From: Mobula birostris
Lineage: Eukaryota
NCBI RefSeq assembly: GCF_030028105.1
Contig: NC_092381.1
Coordinates: 106,939,835 to 107,003,834 of the forward strand
Length of the DNA stretch: 64,000 nt
Direction of reading: 5' to 3'
Shown here: piece by piece, positions 61,951-64,000 of the stretch
Layout: every line of letters starts with the position of its first letter
Numbering within the stretch: the stretch's first letter is position 1
Notes under the pieces: model-generated
Told to the model about the DNA's origin: nothing
Seen by the model: only the letters and a program-made list of their open reading frames with translations
Database searches by the model: none
Program-made: the position numbers and the translations under genes

Positions 61951-62155
61951 AGAGCCGCATCAGACCAACAACTAACGTGACTGCCTTCCCCAGTAAGAAA
62001 GTTAATTTCACGACACATGCTGGTGATAACAAAACCTGATTTTGAAATAAAAGGCAAAACTTTCCTTCCCACAAACGGTTCAAAGGCAAAATTCTCGGGA
62101 TAAGTTTCCTTACTTGGGAAGGCAGTCACTTTAGTTGTTGGTCTGATGCAGCTCT
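61951..62155. repeat. Imperfect inverted repeat with ~50-bp arms
   Basis: agagccgcatcagaccaacaactaacgtgactgccttccccagtaag versus cttacttgggaaggcagtcactttagttgttggtctgatgcagctct. Confidence 0.85.
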
Positions 62156-63385
62156 GTAATCTTTCTTGTTGCACTTTGGTACATATGTTCGCACTGTATA
62201 TATTTATTTATTTATGGAGATACAGTGTGGAACAGGGCCCTTCCAGCCCTTTGAGTCCAGCAATTCCCCGATTTAATCCTAGCTTAATCATGGGACGATT
62301 TACAATGACCAATTAACCTACCAACCAGTACGTCTTTGGACTGAGGGAGGAACCCACAGCACCCGGAGGGAACCTATGCGGTCACGGGGAGAAGGCAGCA
62401 GCAGGAACTGAGCCCATTTTCTGTACTGTTAAGCATTGTGCTAATGGCTACGCTACCACGTCGCCCCACTTTCTGATGAAAGGTCTCAACCTGAAACATT
62501 AACTGACACATTTTGCCTTCTATTTGATGCTATTTGACGTAGTGTTCTTCCAGAGTTCTGTTTTTGTTCCAGGTTTGCGGTCTCTGTTGACTTGCACTGG
62601 GAGTGTAGTGCAACGCTATTTTAACTTGAGGCAATCTAGAGTTCAGAGTTCAATTCCCACGCCATTGTGTAGGAGCCTGGTTGTCCTCCCCGTGGAATGC
62701 ATGGGTTTTCCCTGGGCGCTCCGGTTTCCCTCCCACAGTCCAAGGAGCTACCCGGTAGGTTATTTGGTCATTGTAAATTGTCGTGTGATTAGTTTAGGAT
62801 TAATTGAGCTTGTTGGGGATCACTGGAGCAGCATGGCTCAAAGGTCCGGAAGGGACTACTCTGCACTATGTCGCTAAATAGATAAATCTTACACAGATGC
62901 ATGTTGCATGTTCTCAGTTTTATGGGCTTCCAGTGAAAGAATAATTGCGAAGCACAGCCCGAATAGCGCTCGTGGCCAAAGACACACTCTCTCTGCTTTG
63001 AGTATAACTGTCACCCATAGAATGTGCCATCTGACCCATCCAGTGTCTACACATAATGCTAATGAAATGAATTTCAGAGGCACAACACAGTGCTGCTCTA
63101 TTATGTATTCCCTGGGAACAAATTTCCAGGCAAACTTTAGTTTGCAGCATCCTGTTCTAGACAGAACTCACATTAGCAATTTAATAAACTAGTAGTGGGG
63201 CCAGCAGGGACTGGTAGTGTTCATCAATCAGAGAAGATTCTCTCTCCTAGGCATGAGGTTTTCATCTTGTCAATATTGATAGGATCAGCACAGTCGGAGG
63301 ACACATAAATCGGCCCTCCAGCCCACCATGTCAATCTTCACCTTTCTACCCATCTATAATAATCTCATTAACCACACAGTATCTC

Positions 63386-63636
63386 ATTTTTCACACAGAG
63401 AGTGGTGAATCTGTGGAATTCTCTGCCACAGGAAACAGCTGAGGCCAGTTCATTGGCTATATTTAAGAGGGAGTTAGATATGGCCCTTGTGGCTATGGGG
63501 GTCAGGGGGTATGGAGGGAAGGCTGGGGCGGGGTTCTGAGTTGGATGATCAGCCATGATCATACTGAATGGCAGTGCAGGCTCGAAGGGCCGAATGGCCT
63601 ACTCCTGCACCTATTTTCTATGTTTCTATGTTTCTA
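63386..63636 (+). mobile_element. CR1 3' end (young family)
   Basis: Matches 26578-26822, with (tttctatg)n tail. Confidence 0.9.
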
Positions 63637-64000
63637 TCCCACACTAGGGCCATATCCTTCAATGTTTGGCGTTCCCAACATTCTTTTAATGCCATGGACC
63701 AATACCATTAAGCAAGGAGTCCGTGAACACCAGGTTGGGAACCACTGCTCTATGCCTAAGTACCTATCTAAATGTGGCTTAAACATAGTAATTGCCTCTG
63801 TCTCCACCATCTCTTATGGCTTCAAGTTCCTGCTATCAACCACTTTTAGTGTATAAAAAAACCTTTCTCCTCAGATCCGCTTCTCACATTAACCCATGCT
63901 CTTGTGTTTTTGATGCCTCTACCATGTAACATGGGGAAAAGATTCTGATCTACTCTATCAGTGCCTCCTATAATTCTGCATGCATGTAATAGGGAACACC

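Noticed and set aside
54700-64000. Further upstream exons (ELM2 / SANT N-terminal part) of the ZNF541-like gene
   Set aside because: I could not find them by eye; they probably lie beyond the window, though a small exon could have been missed.

Overview
Repeat-rich vertebrate genomic DNA. The HE1/V-SINE-like, CR1, Rex1 and Penelope content suggests a cartilaginous fish, probably a ray (inference). Three host genes are visible. (1) A spliced, GC-rich ZBED-type gene on + (CpG-island exon 1 ~900-1130; coding exons 3570-3830, 7972-8044/8107, 10494-12376) encoding two BED fingers plus a hAT transposase fold with eroded catalytic motifs, i.e. a domesticated transposase. (2) A complete 4-exon ERH gene on + (29310-35308) with three substitutions versus human ERH. 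(3) The last three coding exons and a ~1.9 kb 3' UTR of a SANT/C2H2 co-repressor gene (ZNF541/TRERF1/MIDEAS family) on -. The rest is largely transposable elements: a CR1 LINE with an intact ORF2 apparently reached by a -1 frameshift, a decayed Ty3/gypsy provirus with a tRNA-Trp PBS, a non-autonomous two-LTR element with a self-priming signature, an L1 fragment fused to a CR1 copy, many Penelope fragments with decayed minimal hammerhead ribozyme motifs, and Rex1, RTE-related, V-SINE and Tc1 remnants. All gene models were read by hand from splice consensus and reading-frame phase; TE boundaries are approximate unless LTR termini or TSDs are quoted.
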